Shown here: positions 53,386 to 64,000 of the stretch, piece after piece | Position numbering within the stretch: position 1 is the stretch's first letter | Layout of the letters: every line of letters begins with the position of its first letter | Assembly (NCBI GenBank): GCA_000146045.2 | Contig: BK006942.2 | Coordinates: 256,001 to 320,000, forward strand | Length of the DNA: 64,000 bases | Source: TPA_inf: Saccharomyces | Lineage: Eukaryota | Direction: 5' to 3' | Translations under genes and position numbers: made by a program | The notes under the pieces: generated by a model | Told to the model about the DNA's origin: nothing | The model's database searches: none | What the model saw: only the letters and a program-made list of their open reading frames with translations

Positions 53386-54426
53386 TCAATGCTCATCCAT
53401 GAGCGCCATAACGGCAAATCCTACAAAAATGAAGACTAGCTGCAAGGCCCACTTCTTAAACTCTCGAAGCTTGCTATCGGGTGCGGAGCTATGTAAGATC
53501 TGCGGTACAACGCTAGTAGTGGCTATGTATATGAGGCCGCCCGCCGTGAACGGCAGCATAAGTTCAGATGCGTTCGCGGATGAAGACGTTGCTTTATGGC
53601 TGTTGTTCCCGATTTCGTTCATCCAGCAGCCAATGGACGTTCCAACGACGGCGCCGAAAGCTGTCACCGCTTGGGCTCTTATCGCTTGTGGGAACGTAAA
53701 CCCACTGGAAAGCAGAATGGCGAAGTCACCTAGCTCATGAGGGATCTCATGGAAAGTGACAGCTATGCTGGTCATTATGCCAACTTGTGTGGAACTATAG
53801 AATGACGTAGCCAGCGCTATGCCATCCGTGATGTGATGAGCAATGCCGGATATGACATTCAGATACGCAGACATGTTAAAGCCCGCTTTCTTCTCTGCAG
53901 TTTGTTGTGGAGTATGACTATGAGAATGAGAATGTATGCTGCCGTCATCGTTGGACGTCCCTGACAGAATACGCATCGTTTTATCCAGAGTCAAGAAGCT
54001 TATAAACCCCAGAAATATGGCTCCTCCAACCATTGTGACATCAGTTACGCCGCTGAGACTTTCAGGTATCACGTGTAATAAAATATCACCCAGGAGTGTT
54101 CCTAGAGAAAAGGAAACTAGTAAGGACAGTGTCAAGCTGGCACGATCGTTCTTGCGCAGTCCAGGAACAAACAGTACGAAAAGACACGGCATAAGTTGTA
54201 TGATTAGGATAGCCACAATCGCATTGTAACGGGGTCCCAGGACAAAGAGGTGGTTCTGCAGAAAGCAAACTAGAGAGTAAAAAATGGATTCTTGCTTCAA
54301 AATCAAGAAACTTTGCTTGGACTCATGGTTTGCCTCGTGGCCATGATCTCGATTATGATGTACTCCATGGGACACCACTAGGGGTGCAATGCTTAGCAAA
54401 TAAGAGCAAATGTGCGACGCCTTCAT
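53386..54426 (-). CDS. YKE4: ZIP-family zinc transporter Yke4 (346 aa), ER
   Basis: ATG (cat at 54424-54426). An N-terminal signal/His-rich segment is followed by ZIP TM domains, a His-rich loop (HSHSHSHT) and the HEIPHELGDF metal-binding motif. The 346-aa length fits YIL023C. Confidence 0.92.
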   Translation of the reverse strand: MKASHICSYLLSIAPLVVSHGVHHNRDHGHEANHESKQSFLILKQESIFYSLVCFLQNHLFVLGPRYNAIVAILIIQLMPCLFVLFVPGLRKNDRASLTLSLLVSFSLGTLLGDILLHVIPESLSGVTDVTMVGGAIFLGFISFLTLDKTMRILSGTSNDDGSIHSHSHSHTPQQTAEKKAGFNMSAYLNVISGIAHHITDGIALATSFYSSTQVGIMTSIAVTFHEIPHELGDFAILLSSGFTFPQAIRAQAVTAFGAVVGTSIGCWMNEIGNNSHKATSSSANASELMLPFTAGGLIYIATTSVVPQILHSSAPDSKLREFKKWALQLVFIFVGFAVMALMDEH

Positions 54427-55164
54427 GCTTTTTCTGCTTCTGTTCTCCTTCTATTTCATTCTTATTTTCTTCTTTCCTTTTCCACCTTTTTCCTAAGACG
54501 TTTTTTTTTTTCAGTTTACTGTTCTATGGAAAGGGAATGAATAATAATCCGGAAAACTATATATTGGAAGAACTGGCACAGTTTGGTTCTCCGCAGAAAT
54601 TCTACTAAATTACGTATAAATTGTGTATTAGAAGAAATTCAGAAACGAAATATCTGAACAGACCTACTTTAGTATTTTTATATGATAACTTTTTGAGTTG
54701 TATCCTTTTCTTCATTTATTTTTAGAAACTTTCTTTTTTTGGCCATAACATAAAATTTAAATAACGACGCTGAAACAAAAAGAAAAGAACACCACGACTA
54801 ATAAAACAAAATTAGAACATTATGATTAGGTACTTCTTCAGTACGCTTTTCAAGCTACTTCTTACGATAAGTAAACTTCTCACCTGTAAATACTAGTAAC
54901 GGTAGCAACCATACGGAAAACCATGTTCAGTTACCCGGCCGGGTGTTTTTTTCTCTTTCTTTTTCGCCCACTGGAGAGCCTCAGTCATATATGTCAAAGA
55001 AGACTGGTTGAGTAGCATGGGCTTCGGAACCAGGTTTGAAAGTACCAAGTATAATAAGCCCGCAAGTAAGCAAAAGTTGGGATAAGAGGGCAGGACCGAG
55101 CTTATAGTGTTTCGTTTTTTTATTCCTGAATTTTTCACTACCGCAGCAATTGCTATTTCAGTTC

Positions 55165-56460
55165 ATGCACAGATCCACTTTTATCAGGACGTCCGGCACG
55201 AGCTCTAGGACACTAACCGCAAGGTACAGATCGCAGTACACAGGATTACTCGTTGCCCGAGTATTATTCTCCACCTCTACGACCCGTGCGCAAGGTGGAA
55301 ACCCTCGATCACCACTCCAGATTTTCCGCGATACATTCAAGAAGGAATGGGAGAAGTCTCAGGAACTGCAGGAGAACATAAAGACGCTGCAAGATGCTTC
55401 GGGAAAGTTAGGCGAGTCTGAGGCCTACAAAAAGGCTAGGGAAGCATATTTGAAAGCTCAGAGAGGCTCCACAATTGTGGGTAAAACTCTGAAAAAGACC
55501 GGTGAGACCATGGAACATATAGCCACTAAGGCCTGGGAGTCCGAACTCGGTAAGAACACAAGAAAGGCGGCTGCCGCCACGGCGAAGAAGCTGGATGAGA
55601 GTTTTGAGCCAGTGAGACAGACGAAGATTTACAAGGAAGTCTCAGAAGTCATTGACGATGGGGAGAGTTCCCGATACGGTGGGTTTATCACGAAAGAGCA
55701 AAGGAGACTTAAACGTGAGAGAGACCTGGCCTCTGGGAAAAGACACAGGGCAGTAAAGAGCAATGAAGATGCAGGAACAGCAGTGGTTGCGACAAATATC
55801 GAGTCTAAAGAATCGTTTGGTAAGAAAGTGGAGGATTTCAAGGAGAAAACCGTGGTTGGCCGTTCTATACAATCTTTAAAGAACAAATTGTGGGATGAAA
55901 GTGAAAACCCCTTAATTGTTGTCATGAGGAAAATAACCAACAAAGTGGGCGGTTTCTTTGCAGAAACAGAATCCTCCCGTGTTTACAGTCAATTTAAGCT
56001 AATGGACCCAACCTTTTCGAACGAAAGCTTCACCAGACACTTAAGAGAATACATTGTTCCCGAGATTCTCGAAGCGTATGTGAAAGGCGATGTCAAAGTT
56101 CTCAAAAAATGGTTCAGCGAGGCGCCATTCAATGTTTACGCCGCCCAACAGAAAATCTTCAAAGAACAGGATGTTTACGCCGATGGCCGTATCCTAGATA
56201 TCAGGGGCGTTGAAATAGTGAGTGCAAAGTTATTGGCTCCCCAAGACATCCCAGTCTTGGTGGTCGGGTGTAGAGCACAAGAAATCAACCTTTACAGGAA
56301 AAAGAAAACTGGCGAGATTGCGGCTGGTGACGAAGCTAATATCTTGATGAGCTCTTATGCCATGGTTTTCACCAGAGACCCAGAGCAAATCGACGATGAC
56401 GAAACAGAAGGGTGGAAGATCTTGGAGTTTGTGCGCGGGGGTTCTAGACAATTCACCTGA
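55165..56460 (+). CDS. TIM44: Mitochondrial inner-membrane translocase subunit Tim44 (431 aa)
   Basis: The first ATG at 55165 gives MHRSTFIRTSGTSSRTL... (a mitochondrial presequence). The Tim44 C-terminal domain is present. The track start at 55150 is TTG. Confidence 0.92.
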   Translation: MHRSTFIRTSGTSSRTLTARYRSQYTGLLVARVLFSTSTTRAQGGNPRSPLQIFRDTFKKEWEKSQELQENIKTLQDASGKLGESEAYKKAREAYLKAQRGSTIVGKTLKKTGETMEHIATKAWESELGKNTRKAAAATAKKLDESFEPVRQTKIYKEVSEVIDDGESSRYGGFITKEQRRLKRERDLASGKRHRAVKSNEDAGTAVVATNIESKESFGKKVEDFKEKTVVGRSIQSLKNKLWDESENPLIVVMRKITNKVGGFFAETESSRVYSQFKLMDPTFSNESFTRHLREYIVPEILEAYVKGDVKVLKKWFSEAPFNVYAAQQKIFKEQDVYADGRILDIRGVEIVSAKLLAPQDIPVLVVGCRAQEINLYRKKKTGEIAAGDEANILMSSYAMVFTRDPEQIDDDETEGWKILEFVRGGSRQFT

Positions 56461-56901
56461 TTGGTTTCGATGTACTCTTTTGTTTTCTTTTCCTTTTCCT
56501 TCCTATTCCGCTTGTAAATAACTCCGTTATGTCTCACCTTCGATCCCCACTTTTTCTTTTGGAATACTGCATCAAATAGGAAGAGAGAAAAAAGGAAATC
56601 ATATCCCAATATATTTGAACATACGACACGATATACCTTATATAGTATCATCTGTACTAATAGTACTATAACTAATACTTCTTGACGGACAAGCTTCGCA
56701 ACTCGTTCGCAATGACCAAGTTTGGCTTTCGGGAAGCAAAGTGGAAAAAAATGAAAAATAAACTAATTGAAGTGGTAAAAAATAAGCTGTGTGTGTGCAT
56801 ATACATCGTAAGTGCGTTGGCTGTTCTGTGGAAAAGGGAGACACTTTTTATATCAGGTGCAAAGGCTTCGTACCAGCGTTGAAAAACTAAAACAATATTG
56901 A

Positions 56902-57861
<960 letters not shown>

Positions 57862-58034
57862 TTCTCAAGTGGGCGTAATAGAGGAAAAAAAACAAGTGAA
57901 CGAACCGAAAATAATAAGAGAAAAAAAGCTTTATATGCATGTATGTATCATTATGATTAGTATTATAAGTATTATAATCTAAAGTACGAAGCAAACAAAA
58001 AAGAAAAAAGAAAATGAAAAAATGAAAGGAAGGG

Positions 58035-58820
58035 CTAACCTTGCTTTTCATTCCATCTACAGCAGTCTTCAAACTTAACTAGGTTACCACCAAATATATC
58101 TAAGGAACTACCGAATGTCAAATCTACTTTTCCGTGACTTAGTTCGTCTACTAATTTCAAATCATCAACACTTTTGGCCCCACCAGCATAAACGATTTTC
58201 AAATCATCGTAATCTTTGGTCCATTCGAAAAGCTTAGAAACCAATAATTCATCGATACCACCACACAAACCTTCAACGTCTGCAGCGTGAATTAGAAACT
58301 CATTTGTATATTTCCTCAATTCTCTGAAAGTGTCAGCATTAAGCTCAAGATCAGTTAGAGTTTGCCATTTGTTCATGGCCACAATCCAACGACCGTCCTG
58401 GGTTTTTCTACAGCTTAAGTCTACAACAATGCGGTCTTTCCCACATAGTTCTGTCAGTCTTTCTAACCTTTTTAATTGAAAATGACCCTCTTTTGTAAAT
58501 AGCCAACTCGTAACAATTACTTTACTGGCCCATTTTAACCATTCCAAACAGTTCGTATCATTAATTCCTCCGCCCACTTGTAGAAATTGTGGTGACTCCT
58601 GGAGTGCCTCGCGTGCAGCGTCGTCATTGTTAGGTCCCAACTTAATAACATGACATCCTTGGACATCTCTGTCTTTGTAAAGTTTAGCGTAATATGAAGA
58701 AGGATGTTGTGATACAAAGTTAGTTTTTGGAACGTCCTCCTTTTTGCTCGTTAACGTTCCACCTACAATCTGTTTAACCTCTCCATTATGCAGGTCTATA
58801 CAACCAATAAACTTCGTCAT
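58035..58820 (-). CDS. HIS6: ProFAR isomerase (HisA homolog) His6, 261 aa
   Basis: ATG (cat at 58818-58820). [21 protein letters not shown]... is a HisA-family (beta/alpha)8 barrel. The 261-aa length fits YIL020C. Confidence 0.92.
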   Translation of the reverse strand: MTKFIGCIDLHNGEVKQIVGGTLTSKKEDVPKTNFVSQHPSSYYAKLYKDRDVQGCHVIKLGPNNDDAAREALQESPQFLQVGGGINDTNCLEWLKWASKVIVTSWLFTKEGHFQLKRLERLTELCGKDRIVVDLSCRKTQDGRWIVAMNKWQTLTDLELNADTFRELRKYTNEFLIHAADVEGLCGGIDELLVSKLFEWTKDYDDLKIVYAGGAKSVDDLKLVDELSHGKVDLTFGSSLDIFGGNLVKFEDCCRWNEKQG

Positions 58821-58908
58821 TTTTTTCTAGTATATACCCCCAGCCTTCTTATGCGCAGTTTCGAAGATATTGTGAATTTGCAGGCGAGGATTCTCAAATT
58901 ATTCCGTA

Positions 58909-58914
58909 TGACTC
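58909..58914 (+). promoter_or_regulatory. Gcn4 response element core (aTGACTCt) in the HIS6/FAF1 divergent promoter
   Basis: A TGACTC core about 90 bp upstream of the HIS6 ATG. HIS biosynthetic genes are general amino acid control targets. A single hexamer supports only a weak call. Confidence 0.35.
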
Positions 58915-59092
58915 TGCACACTAGACATGGCTCAATCTTGGCAATGGACCCTGTGCTGAATTTTCGTCATTCGTCTCATGCGACCGTTCCGTTCCTAGAA
59001 AAATTTTGAGCGATGAGATGAGTATACATTAACGATGGCAGGAACAGTTATAACAATATTGAGAGTACAAATGACCCAAAAGCCATAAAAAG

Positions 59093-60133
59093 ATGACCCT
59101 TGATGATGACGACTATATAAAACAAATGGAGCTTCAAAGAAAAGCTTTTGAAAGTCAGTTCGGATCTTTAGAGTCCATGGGGTTCGAAGATAAAACAAAA
59201 AATATACGAACTGAAGTAGATACCAGAGACAGTTCAGGTGATGAAATTGACAATTCCGATCATGGTAGTGATTTCAAGGATGGTACTATAGAAAGTTCTA
59301 ATTCTTCTGATGAAGATAGCGGTAACGAAACCGCGGAAGAAAATAATCAAGATTCCAAACCGAAAACTCAACCAAAGGTCATTAGATTCAACGGGCCTAG
59401 TGACGTTTATGTTCCTCCAAGTAAGAAGACACAGAAACTTTTGAGAAGCGGCAAAACTTTAACTCAAATAAACAAAAAATTGGAGAGTACTGAAGCCAAG
59501 GAAGAAAAAGAAGATGAGACTTTGGAGGCGGAAAATTTACAAAACGACCTGGAGTTGCAGCAATTTCTGAGAGAGTCTCACTTATTGAGCGCTTTCAATA
59601 ACGGTGGAAGTGGTTCTACAAACAGTGGTGTATCGTTGACTCTACAGAGTATGGGTGGTGGAAATGATGATGGCATAGTATACCAGGATGATCAAGTTAT
59701 TGGGAAGGCCAGATCGCGTACACTCGAAATGAGACTGAATAGACTCTCAAGGGTGAATGGTCATCAGGACAAAATAAATAAGCTGGAAAAAGTACCCATG
59801 CATATTAGAAGAGGAATGATCGACAAGCACGTCAAGAGAATCAAAAAATACGAACAAGAAGCTGCAGAAGGTGGAATTGTTCTATCCAAAGTGAAAAAGG
59901 GACAATTCAGAAAAATTGAATCTACATACAAGAAAGATATCGAGAGGCGTATCGGGGGAAGCATTAAGGCCAGGGATAAAGAAAAAGCTACCAAAAGGGA
60001 ACGTGGTTTGAAGATCAGTAGTGTAGGCAGATCGACGAGGAATGGACTGATTGTATCCAAAAGAGATATTGCTCGTATCAGTGGAGGCGAGAGGAGTGGT
60101 AAATTTAATGGCAAAAAGAAATCCCGTCGCTAG
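59093..60133 (+). CDS. FAF1: Nucleolar 40S ribosomal subunit assembly factor Faf1 (346 aa)
   Basis: ATG at 59093. It is a charged K/E/D-rich protein. The 346-aa length and position match YIL019W. Confidence 0.85.
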   Translation: MTLDDDDYIKQMELQRKAFESQFGSLESMGFEDKTKNIRTEVDTRDSSGDEIDNSDHGSDFKDGTIESSNSSDEDSGNETAEENNQDSKPKTQPKVIRFNGPSDVYVPPSKKTQKLLRSGKTLTQINKKLESTEAKEEKEDETLEAENLQNDLELQQFLRESHLLSAFNNGGSGSTNSGVSLTLQSMGGGNDDGIVYQDDQVIGKARSRTLEMRLNRLSRVNGHQDKINKLEKVPMHIRRGMIDKHVKRIKKYEQEAAEGGIVLSKVKKGQFRKIESTYKKDIERRIGGSIKARDKEKATKRERGLKISSVGRSTRNGLIVSKRDIARISGGERSGKFNGKKKSRR

Positions 60134-60352
60134 ATCAATTGTGATTCCATGAACTCACAAACAACTCGCCTAAGAAACTGTCTAAATTTTTATGCACTAA
60201 ATAGACCACAAATGAGAACGTAAAGAGAAGCTTTTATCATTTTATTTCTCTTCTCCTTAGGAGGAAATACAAATATCTTTTCTACATTTAATTCAATCTG
60301 ACAGTCAAAGTTATACATATACATTATACCGATTACCAAGTTTTCAGACTAG

Positions 60353-60384
60353 AACCCATACATTATTTTACAAACCCAGACAGT
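60353..60384 (+). promoter_or_regulatory. Tandem Rap1-like sites (AACCCATACATT at 60353-60364; AAACCCAGACAGT at 60372-60384) upstream of RPL2B
   Basis: Two close matches to the Rap1 consensus ACACCCRYACAYM, spaced about 8 bp apart and about 400 bp upstream of the RPL2B ATG. This is the typical ribosomal protein promoter architecture. T-rich sequence follows. Confidence 0.55.
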
Positions 60385-60767
60385 ACACTATACAAAAACC
60401 CAAGCAATTGCAATCAATTTTTTTGCACGAAAATTTTATTCGAAATCGCCAACCCGCTAGGGAGAAAAAGAAGGAATTCTCAAAGGAGAGGCTGGACAGA
60501 GAGGTCGTCCCAGTCTACCGCCTACGAGTAATGTTGGATACTAAGCAGTTCCCAGCCTGAACGCTCTGCTGGATGGGTGGAGATTTCCCTCCAGGCGGGA
60601 ACACTCCTGGTGGATTCTGCTCTGGAAACTATGCTGTGCATGCTACAGGTTTCAATAATCTTTCATACTTGACAAAAGTAGATATACATATTTTAAAAGA
60701 TTGAGTTACTATTGATAAATCTACTATTTGTCATAAACTCACCAAGAAACCACAAAGTTATTGAACA

Positions 60768-60771
60768 ATGG
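60768..60771 (+). CDS. RPL2B: RPL2B exon 1 (ATGG: Met plus the first base of the Gly codon)
   Basis: ATGG is followed directly by GTATGTT (5' splice site) at 60772. Joining it to exon 2 restores [16 protein letters not shown]... Confidence 0.85.
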
Positions 60772-61171
60772 GTATGTTTTTATTATATCGCATAATTATG
60801 GCAAATGTTATGAAGGATTCCTCTATGACTTAGATGTTTTGAATCGGTACATTTTATTTTCAGTATCCTTCTGCATATTACAAGGCAACATAGCAGCGGA
60901 CAAGAAAGCTTTTTTGATGTTCGTCTTCGAAACGATTACTATCAGGGTCTTTTAAATGCTATATCGGGACTTATTGAAATTGACATATTACACTTATGAA
61001 TGACGTTGGCTATCAAAGTATGAGAATAAGCCTTTCCTACTATTTTGTATCATGACAACAGGGTTCTGTCGCTTTGAATGCGGCCTTTTACTTTGCCATA
61101 TTTTGATAATGAAAAAACTTTCGAGAAATATTTACTAACAGGATCGAGAATTTTTTTCCTCATTTAAACAG
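60772..61171 (+). other. RPL2B: Spliceosomal intron of RPL2B (400 nt)
   Basis: 5' splice site GTATGT at 60772-60777. Branch point TACTAAC at 61133-61139. 3' splice site AAACAG ending at 61171. Confidence 0.88.
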
Positions 61172-61932
61172 GTAGAGTTATTCGTAACCAAAGAAAGGGT
61201 GCTGGTTCTATCTTCACCTCTCACACCAGATTAAGACAAGGTGCTGCCAAGTTGAGAACTTTGGACTATGCTGAACGTCATGGTTACATCCGTGGTATCG
61301 TTAAGCAAATTGTCCACGACTCCGGTAGAGGTGCTCCATTGGCCAAGGTTGTTTTCCGTGACCCATACAAGTACAGATTACGTGAAGAAATCTTCATTGC
61401 TAACGAAGGTGTTCACACTGGTCAATTCATTTACGCTGGTAAAAAGGCTTCTTTGAACGTCGGTAACGTCTTGCCATTGGGTTCTGTCCCAGAAGGTACC
61501 ATTGTCTCCAACGTTGAAGAAAAGCCAGGTGACAGAGGTGCCCTAGCCAGAGCTTCTGGTAACTACGTTATCATCATTGGTCACAACCCAGATGAAAACA
61601 AAACCAGAGTCAGATTACCATCCGGTGCCAAGAAGGTTATCTCTTCTGACGCCAGAGGTGTCATCGGTGTCATTGCCGGTGGTGGTAGAGTTGACAAACC
61701 ATTGTTGAAGGCTGGTCGTGCTTTCCACAAGTACAGATTGAAGAGAAACTCTTGGCCAAAGACCCGTGGTGTTGCCATGAATCCAGTTGATCACCCTCAC
61801 GGTGGTGGTAACCATCAACATATTGGTAAGGCTTCTACTATCTCTAGAGGTGCCGTTTCTGGTCAAAAGGCTGGTTTGATTGCTGCCAGAAGAACCGGTT
61901 TACTACGTGGTTCTCAAAAGACCCAAGATTAA
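61172..61932 (+). CDS. RPL2B: 60S ribosomal protein L2 (uL2), exon 2; full protein 254 aa
   Basis: The translation [86 protein letters not shown]...[43 protein letters not shown] is recognisable uL2. Flanking FAF1 and VID28 indicate the B copy (YIL018W). Confidence 0.94.
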
Positions 61933-62199
61933 TCTTTTTAATTTTGGTTTCTTCCTTCTGTCATATTATTTTATCAATTTTCTTAAATATTATATAATTT
62001 AATCCGAAACGTTCCTTATAAAGTGATATTTCTATGCATACTTTTTTTTCTTTGACATGAGAATAAATTCAGCCAGCTACTTCCTATCACAGAAATTTTA
62101 GTTAAACGTAAGCTTGCAGTTATGGATTCTTCTGCGAAAATACTATTTAAAAAACTATAGCATAAATTAATTGTAGGAAATACTACGAGTTCTGTGCAT

Positions 62200-64000
62200 T
62201 CATTTAACTTTCAAAAGCAGGTCCATGTGATATAGTAACGTTCTGGCCTTTTCCCTGACAGATAATGATTCGTCTGTAATATTTTTTCTAACCAGATCGT
62301 ATAATCCTACCTCCACGAGTTTTCTACATCTTTCCACCGTGGCACGTGTTACTTGTACATTTGATGTACTACCTTTTGCAGCCGGGGTGCGAACGAACTC
62401 ATCGCCTTCATCATCACCCTCATCATTATCGTCATCTTCATCATCATTCGCATTGCTACTGCTATCATCGCCATCTGGCTCATCGTAGTATTTCCCCCTA
62501 GAATATCCACCAGCCACTGATTCATTATACCCGATTGTCACCGTAGATTGAGGGTTTTCTGAATCACTTGGTGAATGCCCTGGTTCCAGACCATTTTCAA
62601 TTGCATATTGGGTATAATGTGAAACTGATGAATTCCAAAGTAAGTTATTGAGTACCCAGAGGCATGCCAATTTCAGATTGCTGTCATTACCATTACTTGA
62701 ACTATCAGTCGTTGTTTCTACCAATATTTCACTCATAATGTTCAATATTTCGTCTTGTTCGATGACTAGCTGCTTTTTATTCTCATTGACTGCCGCTAGA
62801 TTCACGATAATATATAGGATGCCTTCCATTGCTTTCTTTTGTTGAGTGTCTAATGGATTTAAAAGCCTCATCTTCTTTGCAAGAAATTCGAAAAGATACG
62901 TTGAGCCGATGCTAATTTTATTACCTGTTTGAGGATCGATCTTGTATTCTACATCTTTAAATTTTTCCAAAAGAATATTTACAATTTTCCTTGAATTACA
63001 AGTCAAATTTCTGAGCAACTGAAAACATTGGGCTTGTACTGCCCAACATGGATCATTAATAAAATCCAAAATTAAATTCATCGGGATTTTGGCCAAAAGC
63101 TGAAACTTCTCTTCATTCTGGCAATTGTACATTAGATGCCTTAGTACCCATAAAGAGTTTGCCTTCACTTCATGCACAGGTATGCCTTGCAATGCAATCC
63201 TTCTTTCATCTTCATTATCGTCCCAGGCTTTTTTTGAGTTAAACAATGGATCTGTTAACATCTTTTCAATTATATCGATTATACCGTTTCTCAGCATAAA
63301 TGACTGTAAATTAGAGAACTCCACCACGAAGTTACAAATACTACCCAGAGTAATGCCCATAATCATAATTTCCGGTTTCATAAAATCTTGTCCAGCAAAA
63401 TAGCATTCCTTGGTCAACGTATATGTTTTACTTAGTATCTGTAAAAGCAGCTGTGCAATTTTATTTCTCTTCAACGTCGTCCTAAGCGCTGAAACACTTC
63501 TCGAGAATGATTTCAACAATAGTAACCAAGCTGCCACGAAATCGTGATCATATATTGGGGGTAAACACATAGAATGACTTTCCGTAGTTGTTTCCTTTAT
63601 CTCATCTTTCAAAGATATAAAATCCTGTATCAAAGTAATGTGGGATTCCAACCCGTATTCTAAATGATTCAACAACAATGTGTCATTCAACAGTAAAAGA
63701 CGGTATTTTTCGTCCGATGCTGCAAATGACGCACATATTTTAATGAATTTTGTAGTTGTTTTCAAAGTAGCTTCATTGTGTTGTGGTAGAGAAAGACACT
63801 GCGCAAAACGGGATAGAATGCAAAATATAACGTTTGTATGAGCTAGCGTGGTGAGCACAGGATTATTCATTGGAGTAATTTCATTATACAACACAATCAA
63901 TGAATCCAGCATATCGAATGGATCAAACCACCAAGGCAACGGGTCATAATTAAATGACTTAACTAAATAGGGTAGTATTTTCTCGAGTGTACGCGTATCT
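62200..64000 (-). CDS. VID28: GID complex subunit Vid28/Gid5, armadillo-repeat protein; only the C-terminal ~600 aa are in the window (the N-terminal part lies beyond coordinate 64000)
   Basis: The open frame runs off the window edge, so this is a partial gene. ARM-like helical repeats and an acidic D/E stretch (DDEDDDNDEGDDEGDE) are present. Its position after RPL2B fits YIL017C (921 aa full length). Confidence 0.72.
   Translation of the reverse strand, partial: DTRTLEKILPYLVKSFNYDPLPWWFDPFDMLDSLIVLYNEITPMNNPVLTTLAHTNVIFCILSRFAQCLSLPQHNEATLKTTTKFIKICASFAASDEKYRLLLLNDTLLLNHLEYGLESHITLIQDFISLKDEIKETTTESHSMCLPPIYDHDFVAAWLLLLKSFSRSVSALRTTLKRNKIAQLLLQILSKTYTLTKECYFAGQDFMKPEIMIMGITLGSICNFVVEFSNLQSFMLRNGIIDIIEKMLTDPLFNSKKAWDDNEDERRIALQGIPVHEVKANSLWVLRHLMYNCQNEEKFQLLAKIPMNLILDFINDPCWAVQAQCFQLLRNLTCNSRKIVNILLEKFKDVEYKIDPQTGNKISIGSTYLFEFLAKKMRLLNPLDTQQKKAMEGILYIIVNLAAVNENKKQLVIEQDEILNIMSEILVETTTDSSSNGNDSNLKLACLWVLNNLLWNSSVSHYTQYAIENGLEPGHSPSDSENPQSTVTIGYNESVAGGYSRGKYYDEPDGDDSSSNANDDEDDDNDEGDDEGDEFVRTPAAKGSTSNVQVTRATVERCRKLVEVGLYDLVRKNITDESLSVREKARTLLYHMDLLLKVK

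Noticed and set aside
60134-60767. Possible snoRNA or other ncRNA in the FAF1-RPL2B intergenic region or inside the RPL2B/RPL34B introns
   Set aside because: I found no C box (RUGAUGA) / D box (CUGA) pair with terminal complementarity, and no H/ACA (ANANNA ... ACA) arrangement by eye. The region is better explained as a Rap1-type ribosomal protein promoter.

Overview
The window is Saccharomyces cerevisiae nuclear DNA from the chromosome IX left arm, covering the gene run YIL052C (RPL34B) through YIL017C (VID28). The translated ORFs match known yeast proteins in sequence, length and gene order. I see 33 well-supported protein-coding genes (two of them intron-containing ribosomal protein genes, one truncated at the window edge), one tRNA-Lys(CUU) gene, Ty delta LTR remnants beside the tRNA, a few dubious small ORFs, and several recognisable promoter motifs. 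The supplied ORF track calls GTG/TTG/CTG starts as Met, so I re-anchored many gene starts to the first in-frame ATG that gives the known protein. I find no convincing evidence for a novel multi-gene system, and none of the prokaryotic-style features (CRISPR, operons) apply. The least ordinary region is 44.2-47.7 kb: a tRNA flanked by nested, inverted delta LTR fragments, followed by an unusually long 2.4 kb ORF-poor interval with ATG-less open frames that may be a gene relic or unannotated transcript. A second compositional oddity is a roughly 4 kb GC-rich island spanning the SYG1 5' half, the intergenic region and MET30. All motif and coordinate calls were made by eye; no computations were run.
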